Shown here: piece after piece, positions 19,390-28,117 of the stretch
How the letters are laid out: each line of letters opens with the position of its first letter
Position numbering within the stretch: position 1 is the stretch's first letter
Program-made: the position numbers and the translations under genes
Notes under the pieces: generated by a model
Told to the model about the DNA's origin: nothing
Seen by the model: the letters and a program-made list of their open reading frames with translations, nothing else
The model's database searches: none
Origin: an uncultured Alphaproteobacteria bacterium
GTDB taxonomy: Bacteria > Pseudomonadota > Alphaproteobacteria > CAAHEQ01 > UBA3637
NCBI GenBank assembly: GCA_947627155.1
Contig: CANQUX010000004.1
Location: forward strand, 22,889-86,888
DNA length: 64,000 nt
Direction of reading: 5' to 3'

Positions 19390-20778
19390 TTATGCCCGAA
19401 TTTTGCGTTCGCGCGGTACGGGTGTTTTTTGATTGAGTTTGCCGAATAATTTTGTTTTATAGCGGGAAATCACGATTAGATAACCCGTAACGGCAACGGT
19501 TGCGCCGGCTGTCCATGCAATCGGGCCCGAATAACAAATGCCGATATAGCCGAAAACGGTAACCAAATAAAGAGCAGCGGTTGTTCGGGAACAAAGCTCC
19601 AAAACGGCGGCAAACAGCGGAATCAGCGAGTAGCCCATGCCTTGCAGAGCTTGGCGGAAAACAAAAATCAGCCCCAAAAAGGTGTAAAACATCATGGTAA
19701 TGCGAATGTATGTAATGGATTTTTCCAAAACCTCCGGCGGCGGATTGTTTAAAAACAATCCGGCCAAAACATCGCTCCATTCATAGGCCATTAAAGCCAT
19801 GATAATACTCATACCGGTCACGGTAATAAAACTTTGCAGAACGCCTTGCCGAATGCGCCGAATGAGGCAGGCACCGAAGTTTTGTGCCACATAAGTTGTA
19901 ACGGCCGGTCCGAAAGCAAACAGCGGCATGGTCATCACCTGCTCAATGCGGGAAGCGGCCGTAAAAGCGGCAATGGTATCCGAGCCGAATTGATTGCAAA
20001 TGCTTTGAACAATTGTCATGCTTAATCCGAGAATGGAAAAGTTTAATGTCATCGGCACGGCAATTTTTAAATGTTCGATTAAAAAGCCCATCGGCACTTT
20101 CCAATCTTCTTTTTTTAAGCGAAACACCGGAAATTTCCAAAACAGCCAGATTAAACAAAGCACGACGGAAATACATTGCGTTAATGTTGTTCCGAACGCC
20201 ACGCCTAACACGTCAAAATGATAATAAACAATAAAAATAATGTTAATGATTGCATTTAACACCGAGGAAAAGATTAAAAAATAAAGCGGTGTTTTACTGT
20301 CGCCCAAGGCGCGCATAATGCCGGCAAAATAGTTATAAAACATGGTGGCAAACGAGGAATAAGTCATCACGGTTAAAAAACGTTTGGCATCATCATAAAT
20401 ATCGGCCGGTACACTCATTTTTTCCAAAATAAAATCTTCAAACAAAAGCACCGTTCCGACAAAAATCGCGCAGCAGATAACGGAAAGCATCAAGCCGCCG
20501 CTGAATGATTTTCTGACACCGCGCATATCGTTGGCGCCGTAGCGTTGGGCGGTAATAATGCATAAGCCGTTGGTAAAGCCGACCGCTGCCATGATAATCA
20601 TCATAAAGACAGGCGCCATGGCTCCGATGACCGCCAAAGCGTGTAATCCCAGAAAATGCCCCAGAATATAGACATCAGACAAAATATACGCCTGTTGAAA
20701 CAGGTTTCCGAGAAAAACGGGAATTGCAAACAGGATAATCAAGGTTATCGGATTACCCTGTGTCATGGGTTTCATCAT
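19390..20778 (-). CDS. MATE family multidrug/sodium efflux transporter.
   Basis: 462 aa with about 12 TM segments. The N-terminus 'LFAIPVFLGNLFQQAYILSDVYILGHFLGLHALAVIGA' is typical of NorM/MATE. Confidence 0.7.
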   Translation of the reverse strand: MMKPMTQGNPITLIILFAIPVFLGNLFQQAYILSDVYILGHFLGLHALAVIGAMAPVFMMIIMAAVGFTNGLCIITAQRYGANDMRGVRKSFSGGLMLSVICCAIFVGTVLLFEDFILEKMSVPADIYDDAKRFLTVMTYSSFATMFYNYFAGIMRALGDSKTPLYFLIFSSVLNAIINIIFIVYYHFDVLGVAFGTTLTQCISVVLCLIWLFWKFPVFRLKKEDWKVPMGFLIEHLKIAVPMTLNFSILGLSMTIVQSICNQFGSDTIAAFTAASRIEQVMTMPLFAFGPAVTTYVAQNFGACLIRRIRQGVLQSFITVTGMSIIMALMAYEWSDVLAGLFLNNPPPEVLEKSITYIRITMMFYTFLGLIFVFRQALQGMGYSLIPLFAAVLELCSRTTAALYLVTVFGYIGICYSGPIAWTAGATVAVTGYLIVISRYKTKLFGKLNQKTPVPRERKIRA

Positions 20779-20914
20779 TTTTGTGCAGACCTTTTTTTTA
20801 TTTTCGGGTGCAGTGTAAGATTTTTTTTAATAGAATGCAAGCAGAATATAGATGTTTTTGAAAAAAATATTTTTTCAAGGCAATATAGGGTTCAAATCAT
20901 TCAAAAAAGTTTAT

Positions 20915-21676
20915 TTAACTGTCAAACAGTCCCCATTCGTCATCGGAATCATCTGTTGAAAACCATGATGAGTCATCTGATTTTTTTTGAATAACGCGCG
21001 GGGTCGACGGTTGTTGCGGAAGCGGTGCGTTATAAGCCGGTGCGGACGATGTATTGCCCGAAGAAAACCAGCCGCTTTCAAAAGCATCTGCCGGAAGAGC
21101 AGAGGTGTCTGTTCTTTTTACGGTACTGCCGGTGGTAAAAGAGGGTTGCCGACCGCTTGCCGGATTGGGAATAATAAGACCCCTTTGGGGAGCAGTATAT
21201 GTGAGTGAAGCATTGTTGCCGAACGCATCTGCCGGTAAAGTACCGCCGAATACATTTGTTTGTGGCGTGCTGCCGAACGCATCTGCCGGTAAAGAAGGGG
21301 TGGAAGAGGTGCCTGATTTTTGCGATTCGATGAGCTGATTAATTTCTTCGCCGTCGGAGTTGGAAGAAATCACACAGCCTTGTCCTTCGGCCGACCAATT
21401 GATGACCCGTTCGTCCCGTAAATGAATTTTAACGGTACAGGCGCGTAAATAACGATAAGCCCAATCTTTTTCAACTTCTTGCGATATCCAAATTAAAATT
21501 CGTTCATTATCGGAAAGCCGAATCCCTTTTGTCGGTGTGCCGAAATTTTCGTAAACATCGGCAACGGGTTGACCGTAATAAACCTGTGAACGCGGTTCCG
21601 ATGAGTGAACATATTCGCTTTCGGAACAGGCACACAGCAACAGAGAACATAAAAGAACGGCATTGATTTTTTTCAT
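20915..21676 (-). CDS. Lipoprotein with three 'LPADAF(G/E)' repeats.
   Basis: RBS AAAAAGGAG before the ATG for 'MKKINAVLLCSLLLCACSE' (lipobox LLCAC). The C-terminal half contains 'SLPADAFGSTP', 'TLPADAFGNN' and 'ALPADAFESG'. Confidence 0.55.
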   Translation of the reverse strand: MKKINAVLLCSLLLCACSESEYVHSSEPRSQVYYGQPVADVYENFGTPTKGIRLSDNERILIWISQEVEKDWAYRYLRACTVKIHLRDERVINWSAEGQGCVISSNSDGEEINQLIESQKSGTSSTPSLPADAFGSTPQTNVFGGTLPADAFGNNASLTYTAPQRGLIIPNPASGRQPSFTTGSTVKRTDTSALPADAFESGWFSSGNTSSAPAYNAPLPQQPSTPRVIQKKSDDSSWFSTDDSDDEWGLFDS

Positions 21677-21796
21677 AATTTTAAACTCCTTTTTTCTTAC
21701 CCTATCACAGAGTGAATAAAATGTCAAACGTCTTTTTTAATCGGCTTGACAAATGAAATCAATCGGGCTATAAAGTCCTTCAACAAGGAAACAAAA

Positions 21797-22837
21797 ATGG
21801 AAACAAAAATTTTTATGTTTGATATGCCGACTTCTTTAATTGCCAACGAGCCTGTCACGCCGCGCGATTCGGCTCGATTGTTGCATATAAAGGCTGATGG
21901 TTCTTTCGGTGATCAGCATGTGTCTGATTTGGATCAGCTGTTGCGTCCCGATGATGTGTTGATTTTTAATGATACAAAGGTGATTCCGGCCCGTTTATAC
22001 GGTGTGCGGGGAGAAGCAAAAATTGAAGTGACGCTTTTCAAACAAATTGACTTGTCTTGTTGGGAAACGTTGATTAAAAATGCGCGTCGGCTCAAAATAA
22101 ATGATGAAATTGTGTTTCAAGATGATTTTCGAGCCGTTGTGACGGCAAAAAAAGAAACGGGTGCCGTGGTGCTTCGATTTAACAAAAGCGGCGCTGATTT
22201 AATGGCGGCTTTTCACTTAACGGGTGTGATGCCGTTGCCGCCGTATATTAAGCGGGCGCGCGGCGGAAAAGAATCGGATAAAGCCGATTATCAAACCATT
22301 TATGCCCGCGCGGAAGGGGCTGTTGCCGCGCCGACGGCCGGTTTGCATTTTACGGATGATTTATTTCGGCGCTTGGACGAAAAAGGCATTGAAAGATTGT
22401 TTGTTACGCTTCATGTGGGCGGCGGAACGTTTTTGCCGGTGAAGGTTCAAGACACCAAAGATCATAAAATGCATTCGGAAATCGGTATTTTAACGCAGGA
22501 AACGGCTGATAAAATCAATGCTGCCAAAAAGCAGGGACGTCGAATCGTGACGGTCGGGACCACTTCGTTGCGTTTGTTGGAATCGGCAACCGATGAAAAC
22601 GGTATTGTTCACGCTTTTGAGGGCGAAACGGATATTTTTATTACACCGGGGTATCGTTTTAAGGCGACCGATGTGATGTTTACCAATTTTCATTTGTCCG
22701 GTTCAACGCTGTTTATGCTGGTTTGTGCATTTGCCGGTATTGACAGAATGAAAGCGGCTTATGCTTATGCCATTCAAAACCGGTATCGCTTTTTTTCATA
22801 CGGTGATGCGTGTTTAATTGAACCGCAAAAAAAATAA
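21797..22837 (+). CDS. queA: S-adenosylmethionine:tRNA ribosyltransferase-isomerase.
   Basis: 'FDMPTSLIANEPVTPRDSARLLHI' matches the QueA N-terminus. 'GTTSLRLLES' and 'TNFHLSGSTLFMLVCAF' match the QueA core. The start was set at the ATG at 21797, which has an AAGGA RBS. Confidence 0.85.
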   Translation: METKIFMFDMPTSLIANEPVTPRDSARLLHIKADGSFGDQHVSDLDQLLRPDDVLIFNDTKVIPARLYGVRGEAKIEVTLFKQIDLSCWETLIKNARRLKINDEIVFQDDFRAVVTAKKETGAVVLRFNKSGADLMAAFHLTGVMPLPPYIKRARGGKESDKADYQTIYARAEGAVAAPTAGLHFTDDLFRRLDEKGIERLFVTLHVGGGTFLPVKVQDTKDHKMHSEIGILTQETADKINAAKKQGRRIVTVGTTSLRLLESATDENGIVHAFEGETDIFITPGYRFKATDVMFTNFHLSGSTLFMLVCAFAGIDRMKAAYAYAIQNRYRFFSYGDACLIEPQKK

Positions 22838-22988
22838 TTCATTGAAAAATAATTCGATTTTCCCCGTAAAATAACGGTATTTTTTAAAATTTTCGGAAAA
22901 AGAAAAATATTTTTTTTGATTTTTCTGAAAAAATGATTGTGTTTTTTTTTGATATTGTTATAATAAATGTAATTTAAAGGAGTGTGCC

Positions 22989-24047
22989 ATGAAAAAAATC
23001 AGTTTGTTTTTGCTTGCGTTAACAGTTTCGTTGCCTGCTTTTGCCGGTTTTGTAGAGGGGGAACAAGCTTTTAACGAACAACGCTATTCTCAAGCCTTTA
23101 ACGAATTTTTACCGTTAGCGAACGAGGGTGATTTTCGGTCGCAGTATTATGTGGCTTATTTATACATTAACGGATACGGTGTCACACAAAACGCCAAAGA
23201 AGGGTTAAAATATTTGCAGCAGGCCGTTGATCAAAATTATGATATGGCACAAGCTTTAATGGCTTATTTATATTCTGAAGGGAAAATTGTTCCGGAGGAT
23301 AAAGAAAAAGCCATCGAGCTTTATCAACTGGCGGCTGATCAAAACAATATTTCCGCTAATTTAAATTTGGGGGTTATGTATTATAAAGGCGATTCGGTGC
23401 CGCGGAACTATCAAACCGCATTGGAATATTTCCAAAAGGTGCCGCTTGATCAAAACCCGGTTGTCAGCCGATATTTGGGCGATATTTACCTGAATAATGC
23501 TTCTTTGCGTGATTACAGCAAAGCGTTGCAATATTATGAATTATCGGCCAAACAAAAAGATTTAAGTGCCTATTTCAGTTTGGGTGAAATGTATCGCAAA
23601 GGATTGGGTGTTGATCAGGATATGTCACAAGCTCTCACCTATTATAAATATGCCGCTTCGCAAAATTACAGTTCGGCACAGTATATGTTGGGTATTATTT
23701 ACGCAAACGGTGAAGGTGTTTCAAAAGATGTTTATAAGGCTTATGCGTGGTTTCATTTAGCTGCCGAGCAAAATTTAACCAGTGCTGCCGATGCGCAACA
23801 ACGTTTAATTAAAAATATGTCGTTATCCGATTTGGATATGGCGCGGCGCCAGGTGGTACTTATTCAGCAAAATGAAATGGGTAAAATTGAGGCCCCGTTA
23901 AAGCCGGATCCGGTTCCGCAAGTGGTCGAGGCAACAGGTGCTGCTTCCGGTCAGGGTGCCATTTCCGTGTATGGCGGAAGTGCCAGTTCGGCCGGCGGCA
24001 ATTCCGGTAATGCAAAACGGCGTGTTTTACGCAGACGGAGGAGATAA
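22989..24047 (+). CDS. Secreted Sel1-repeat (TPR-like) protein.
   Basis: Signal peptide. There are about 7 Sel1 units of the form 'A...Y..AA.QG...AQ..LG.MY..G.GV..D...A..W'. The C-terminus is a basic tail, 'RRVLRRRRR'. Confidence 0.8.
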   Translation: MKKISLFLLALTVSLPAFAGFVEGEQAFNEQRYSQAFNEFLPLANEGDFRSQYYVAYLYINGYGVTQNAKEGLKYLQQAVDQNYDMAQALMAYLYSEGKIVPEDKEKAIELYQLAADQNNISANLNLGVMYYKGDSVPRNYQTALEYFQKVPLDQNPVVSRYLGDIYLNNASLRDYSKALQYYELSAKQKDLSAYFSLGEMYRKGLGVDQDMSQALTYYKYAASQNYSSAQYMLGIIYANGEGVSKDVYKAYAWFHLAAEQNLTSAADAQQRLIKNMSLSDLDMARRQVVLIQQNEMGKIEAPLKPDPVPQVVEATGAASGQGAISVYGGSASSAGGNSGNAKRRVLRRRRR

Positions 24048-24049
24048 AA

Positions 24050-24424
24050 ATGGTTGATTCGCGTTTTTCAATATCAAACGGTTTATCTGCCGAAGGCAGC
24101 AATTCGTTATTCAGTCGGTTTTTAAAATTCTTTTTCGGGTATCACTTCATTACCGTTTTAGGAGTGATTATCGGATGTATTGTTTATAATGTTCATTCCG
24201 AAACGAATCCGCTTAATGTGATTTTAACCACGCCCGATTTATATATTATCGGCTTTTTAATTGTGTTTGCTCTTAATTTTATTTATTGGATTTTTTCCGA
24301 TAAAGCCACGTTTTATAATATTAAAATGCGGTTGATTGATTTATTCAGTGATTTTATTTTCTTGGTTCTTTCGGCGTTAAGTACCGTCGGAACATTATTT
24401 TTAATCACAACGTTTATTTTATAA
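24050..24424 (+). CDS. Small hypothetical membrane protein.
   Basis: 124 aa with three hydrophobic segments. It starts 3 nt after the Sel1 gene. No motifs were recognised. Confidence 0.4.
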   Translation: MVDSRFSISNGLSAEGSNSLFSRFLKFFFGYHFITVLGVIIGCIVYNVHSETNPLNVILTTPDLYIIGFLIVFALNFIYWIFSDKATFYNIKMRLIDLFSDFIFLVLSALSTVGTLFLITTFIL

Positions 24425-24663
24425 GCCGAAAAAAGTTTTTCAAAGCGTTTCGGAGAGCTTTTTTTACATATTTTTATAAAAAAACGAAAAGAGCTTAACT
24501 TTTTTGTTTTTTTATTTAAAATCAATGGTTTGCTTTGATTGCAAAGGGGCTTCAAAACCTTATTTTTAAAAAAAGATAAACTTTCGCACATTTTTCTCTT
24601 GATTTTATAAAAAAAAAGCGCCATACTACTGCTTGTAATTCATTTTATTGAAGGAGTTTCATT

Positions 24664-25110
24664 ATGAAAAAACAAATCGCTACAATCGTGTTGTCTTCAA
24701 CACTTTTATTATCCGGTTGCGCCAGCTGGTGCGACGAATGTGCCGACGGCTCTTGCGAAGTTGTCACATCCAAAGTTGTTTTACCGACATCAACGTTATT
24801 TGCGTTTGATTCGGCTAAATTAACAATTGCTGATGATACGGCTTTGGCAACTGTTATCGACAGATTAAAAGCAGAACCGACGGAATATGTTAAAATTTCC
24901 GGTTATACAGACAGCACAGGTCCGGAAGGCTACAATTTGAAGTTATCCGAACGTCGTGCCAACGCCGTTGCCGCTTATTTGGAAGCCAACGGTATTGCTG
25001 CTGATCGCATTACAACACACGGTTATGGTGAAGCCGATCCGGTTGCTTCCAACGCAACGGCTGCCGGTCGTCAACAAAACCGTCGTGCGGTTGTCGTTAC
25101 ATATAAATAA
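24664..25110 (+). CDS. OmpA-family peptidoglycan-associated lipoprotein (Pal-like).
   Basis: RBS GAAGGAG. Lipobox 'LLLSGC'. OmpA-C signature: 'SGYTDSTGPEGYNLKLSERRANAVAAYL ... HGYGEADPVASNATAAGRQQNRRAVV'. Confidence 0.85.
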   Translation: MKKQIATIVLSSTLLLSGCASWCDECADGSCEVVTSKVVLPTSTLFAFDSAKLTIADDTALATVIDRLKAEPTEYVKISGYTDSTGPEGYNLKLSERRANAVAAYLEANGIAADRITTHGYGEADPVASNATAAGRQQNRRAVVVTYK

Positions 25111-25132
25111 TTTTATTTAAAATTAAAGAAAC

Positions 25133-25159
25133 GCGTCTTGCAAAAGGCGCGTTTTTTTA
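25133..25159 (+). terminator. Intrinsic terminator.
   Basis: Stem CGCGTCTT/AAGGCGCG (8 bp), GCAA tetraloop, then TTTTTTT. Confidence 0.65.
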
Positions 25160-25264
25160 TGCCTTAATTAAAATGTTAAAAAAATATTGACAAACAAAAC
25201 GACTCGTTATATAATAAATTTTCGTTAACGGTTATTTTTTATTAAAAAACAGGAGGAAAAGACA

Positions 25265-26209
25265 ATGAAAAAATATATTATCGGTGGTGTGGTCGGTTTT
25301 CTCGCCATTGTGGGCGGGTTATCGTCTATCAAAACCATTGATGCGGGTGAACGCGGTGTTCGCATCACATTGGGAAAAGTGAATGAAGATGAAGTGTTAA
25401 CGGAAGGGCTTAATTTCAGATTGCCGGTTTTTCAAAAAATTGTGCCGTATTCGATTCGTACGCAAAAATTGGAACAAAAAACATCGGCCTTTACGAAAGA
25501 TATTCAAAATGTGCAGCTTGATATGATTATGAATTACAGCATTATGCCCGAAGCCGTTACAAAGGTTTACAAGCAATATGGCAGTCGTATTGAAGAATTG
25601 GTTATTATTCCCACAATGTTAGATGAAGTGAAAAACGATTTGGGCAAATGGGAAGCGGCGCAACTGATTGAGAATCGGGAAAAGAGTTCGCGCAGCATTG
25701 AAGAAACGTTACGGCGGGAATTGGCGAAAAAACATGTGAACGTGATTGATTTCAGGTACAGAGATATTGATTTCAGTGACGAATTTGAAAAAGCCATTGA
25801 AGAAAAAGTCACGGCCGGACAAAAGGTGTTGACGGAACGGAATCGCAGCGAGCAGGAAAAAGAAAAAGCGCATCAAGCCGTTATTCGGGCGCAGGCCGAT
25901 GCTCAAAAAATCACGTTAACGGCCGAAGCGAAGGCCAAAGCCATTAAAATTGAAGCCGATGCCGAAGCAGCGGCGTTAAAAGTGAAGGCGGCGGCATTGA
26001 ATGACGATATTTTAAAGCTGCGTGCCATTGAAAATTGGGACGGTGCTTTGCCGAAAGTGATCAGCGGCAATAAAAACGGTCAAATTTTTGATATGAAAGA
26101 CTTGATTCAAGAGTCAAATTCAAAAGCAAAAGGCGCACAAGCAAGAAAAATCGACTCGCAAGCCGCGCGTGTGAATGCACCGCGTGAACGGCAACGCGAA
26201 TCGGAATAA
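25265..26209 (+). CDS. SPFH/band-7 (prohibitin-like) membrane protein.
   Basis: N-terminal TM segment. 'IDAGERGVRITLGKV' at the start is typical of the SPFH domain. A long Ala/Lys/Glu coiled-coil tail follows. Confidence 0.75.
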   Translation: MKKYIIGGVVGFLAIVGGLSSIKTIDAGERGVRITLGKVNEDEVLTEGLNFRLPVFQKIVPYSIRTQKLEQKTSAFTKDIQNVQLDMIMNYSIMPEAVTKVYKQYGSRIEELVIIPTMLDEVKNDLGKWEAAQLIENREKSSRSIEETLRRELAKKHVNVIDFRYRDIDFSDEFEKAIEEKVTAGQKVLTERNRSEQEKEKAHQAVIRAQADAQKITLTAEAKAKAIKIEADAEAAALKVKAAALNDDILKLRAIENWDGALPKVISGNKNGQIFDMKDLIQESNSKAKGAQARKIDSQAARVNAPRERQRESE

Positions 26210-26358
26210 AAAAGGTATTTTTAAAACAAAAGAGCGCTCTTTTTCCGGGGCGCTTTTTTATTGTTTTTTTTAGCGAGTTAATTAAGGAAAGGCCACCGGA
26301 AATACCTCTTGTTTTCTTTATTGATGAATGTTGGAAGGAATAGAGTATTAACACTTTT

Positions 26359-26418
26359 CCCTCTATCGGCGGGTGTGACAGACGGCTTTATGTCGTCTGG
26401 TGCTATGGGTGAAAGGGG
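26359..26418. repeat. Solo copy of a ~60 bp MITE-like palindromic repeat (family with 'CCCTCTATCGGCGG ... CCGATAGGGG' termini).
   Basis: CCCTCTATCGGCGGGTGTGA, then the palindromic core CAGACGGCTTTATGTCGTCTG, then CTATGGGTGAAAGGGG. The same family occurs at 52481, 52704, 53063, 55101, 55191 and 55373. Confidence 0.55.
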
Positions 26419-26442
26419 AAAAGTAACGGTTTATTTTTAAGA

Positions 26443-26478
26443 GTGTTGCACAAATTAAACGTACGTTTTTTGCAACAC
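26443..26478. promoter_or_regulatory. Nested-palindrome operator-like site upstream of pilin-adhesin gene A.
   Basis: GTGTTGCA, then caaatt, then AAACGTACGTTT (a perfect 12 bp palindrome), then ttt, then TGCAACAC. The outer 8 bp arms are a perfect inverted repeat. The same architecture is found at 30073-30102 and, degenerate, at 53403-53435. Confidence 0.5.
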
Positions 26479-26590
26479 TTTTTTTTGATTTTTGTAAAAA
26501 AAATTTATTTTAAGTGGAAATGATTGATTTTTCGACTGTTTTTTAAGGGTGATTTTTTGCCTTTTGAAGGCAATTTTGACCCCTGAATCC

Positions 26591-26623
26591 GCGTTGCATT
26601 AAAGGTACGTTTAATTGTATACT
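26591..26623 (+). promoter_or_regulatory. Conserved promoter box of pilin-adhesin gene A.
   Basis: TTGCAT (26594-26599), then 17 nt, then GTATAC or TATACT. The spacer TAAAGGTACGTTTAATT is itself a near-palindrome. The 26-mer is identical to the one at 53549-53574. Confidence 0.45.
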
Positions 26624-26650
26624 GTTCGTATAATGAAAGGGAGTCGGAAA

Positions 26651-28012
26651 ATGACCATGCAATCAAAAAAACAAATTCAAAATCAATCCCAAAGTGGCCG
26701 TTCAATGGTTGAAATGCTGGGTGTGTTGGCGATTATTGCTATTCTGTCCATCGGCGGGATTGTCGGATTCCGATTGGCAATGAATTATTATCAAGCCAAT
26801 CAAATTGCCCATGAAATGAATATCATGCGCACCGATGCGCAGATAAAAATCGCCCAAGGCGCGGAGGAATTAACCCTCGGTGATCCGTATGACAGCGGAA
26901 ATATTCAATTTAACGGATATAAAACCGATTTTGATTGTCTTTATATGGAAACGGAAACGTCAGAACCCGAACTTGCTTCCTGTGCCGTTGCAAATGCCTA
27001 TTATATTGAAATGCAAAAAATTCCCGAAGGCATTTGCAAACCGCTGGCGAATTTAATTGATAAAATGGATAACGAAATTGCTTTTTATATCAATGGGAAA
27101 TCGGTTGATGCGGCAGAGGGAGAAAAAGGCGCTTGCCTTGGAGAAGAGAATATATTAACGGTGATCTTCGGTGCCGATTCGGATTCGGAGGCGATTAAGT
27201 GTAATGATGATCCCGATTGTCCCGATAACTTACCGATTTGTCATGAACATTTGTGTGTGGAGTGTGAAACGGATGAAGATTGCCCCTATAACACACAATA
27301 TTGTGAAGGAAATGCTTGTCAAACGTGTCCCGATAATCAAATATGGGGCGGTGCAGGAAAAGGTTGTGTGGAATGTTTAACATATGAAGATTGCACAGAT
27401 CCCGAAAAACCCAAATGTGAGCAAACTACAAACAAGTGCGTAGCGTGTCCGCCGAAATCGGTCTTTTATGAGGGCGAATGCTATGAATATGAATGTCGCA
27501 CCAACGAAGATTGCGCTGATAAAGGTGATGGCTATTATTGTCATGCCGAAGACGGAGATCGCACGTCTGACGGAGGCACGAACTATTCCGAATGGATAGA
27601 CAAACCGGGACAATATCTCGGCGGGAAATGCAAAAATGCCAGTCAAAGCAAAATGACGACGCCTGATGATGTTCCCTATGTGGTTTCTCAAGAAAAAATG
27701 GATTGGTGGTCTGCACAGCGTTTTTGTGAAGTACTTCATATGAGAACCGCCTCACGAAGAGATTTCGGTTGTGAAAATACAATAACTGATACTGATTGTG
27801 CTACTATAGATTGTTGTAAAAATGAAAAACTTGAATATCTTGATGAACATCATTTTCCGCGTGTCCCTGTTTGGTTAGAGTTAGTTACAGATCCGACTGA
27901 CAGATTATATGGACGAGCTATCAGTTTTGGTACAAAAAATAACACAAATATAGATTCGGATTTTCCGGCTTGGGGGGAAACAACGTCAAATTATGCTTTC
28001 TGTCAACCTTAA
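26651..28012 (+). CDS. Modular minor pilin/tip-adhesin candidate A. It consists of a class-III signal pilin domain, a Cys-rich stalk, and a lectin-like C-terminal domain.
   Basis: RBS AAAGGGAG 7 nt before the ATG at 26651. Leader 'MTMQSKKQIQNQSQSG|RSMVEMLGVLAIIAILSIGG' with Glu at +5. The middle region has repeated 'C..DEDCP' modules. The C-terminus, 'MDWWSAQRFCEVLHMRTASRRDFGC', is conserved with the paralog at 53605. Confidence 0.7.
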   Translation: MTMQSKKQIQNQSQSGRSMVEMLGVLAIIAILSIGGIVGFRLAMNYYQANQIAHEMNIMRTDAQIKIAQGAEELTLGDPYDSGNIQFNGYKTDFDCLYMETETSEPELASCAVANAYYIEMQKIPEGICKPLANLIDKMDNEIAFYINGKSVDAAEGEKGACLGEENILTVIFGADSDSEAIKCNDDPDCPDNLPICHEHLCVECETDEDCPYNTQYCEGNACQTCPDNQIWGGAGKGCVECLTYEDCTDPEKPKCEQTTNKCVACPPKSVFYEGECYEYECRTNEDCADKGDGYYCHAEDGDRTSDGGTNYSEWIDKPGQYLGGKCKNASQSKMTTPDDVPYVVSQEKMDWWSAQRFCEVLHMRTASRRDFGCENTITDTDCATIDCCKNEKLEYLDEHHFPRVPVWLELVTDPTDRLYGRAISFGTKNNTNIDSDFPAWGETTSNYAFCQP

Positions 28013-28117
28013 ATAATTAAAAACAAATTTTTTTGAAAAAACATAAAAAAAGTTTGCAAAAATCATCTGTTTTTGTAACAATATGCATTATATGGCGTAT
28101 TTCAAAAGGAGATTATT

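Noticed and set aside
26591-26620. Possible sigma54 (-24/-12) promoter because of the TTGCA element upstream of the pilin genes.
   Set aside because: There is no GG at the -24 position with the required TGGCAC-N5-TTGCA spacing. A sigma70-like TTGCAT-N17-TATACT/TATGCT reading fits better.
26629-26634. A perfect TATAAT hexamer 16 nt upstream of the pilin-A start codon.
   Set aside because: A transcription start from it would fall within or after the RBS. This is incompatible with the conserved AAAGGGAG RBS being in the transcript, so the hexamer is treated as fortuitous.
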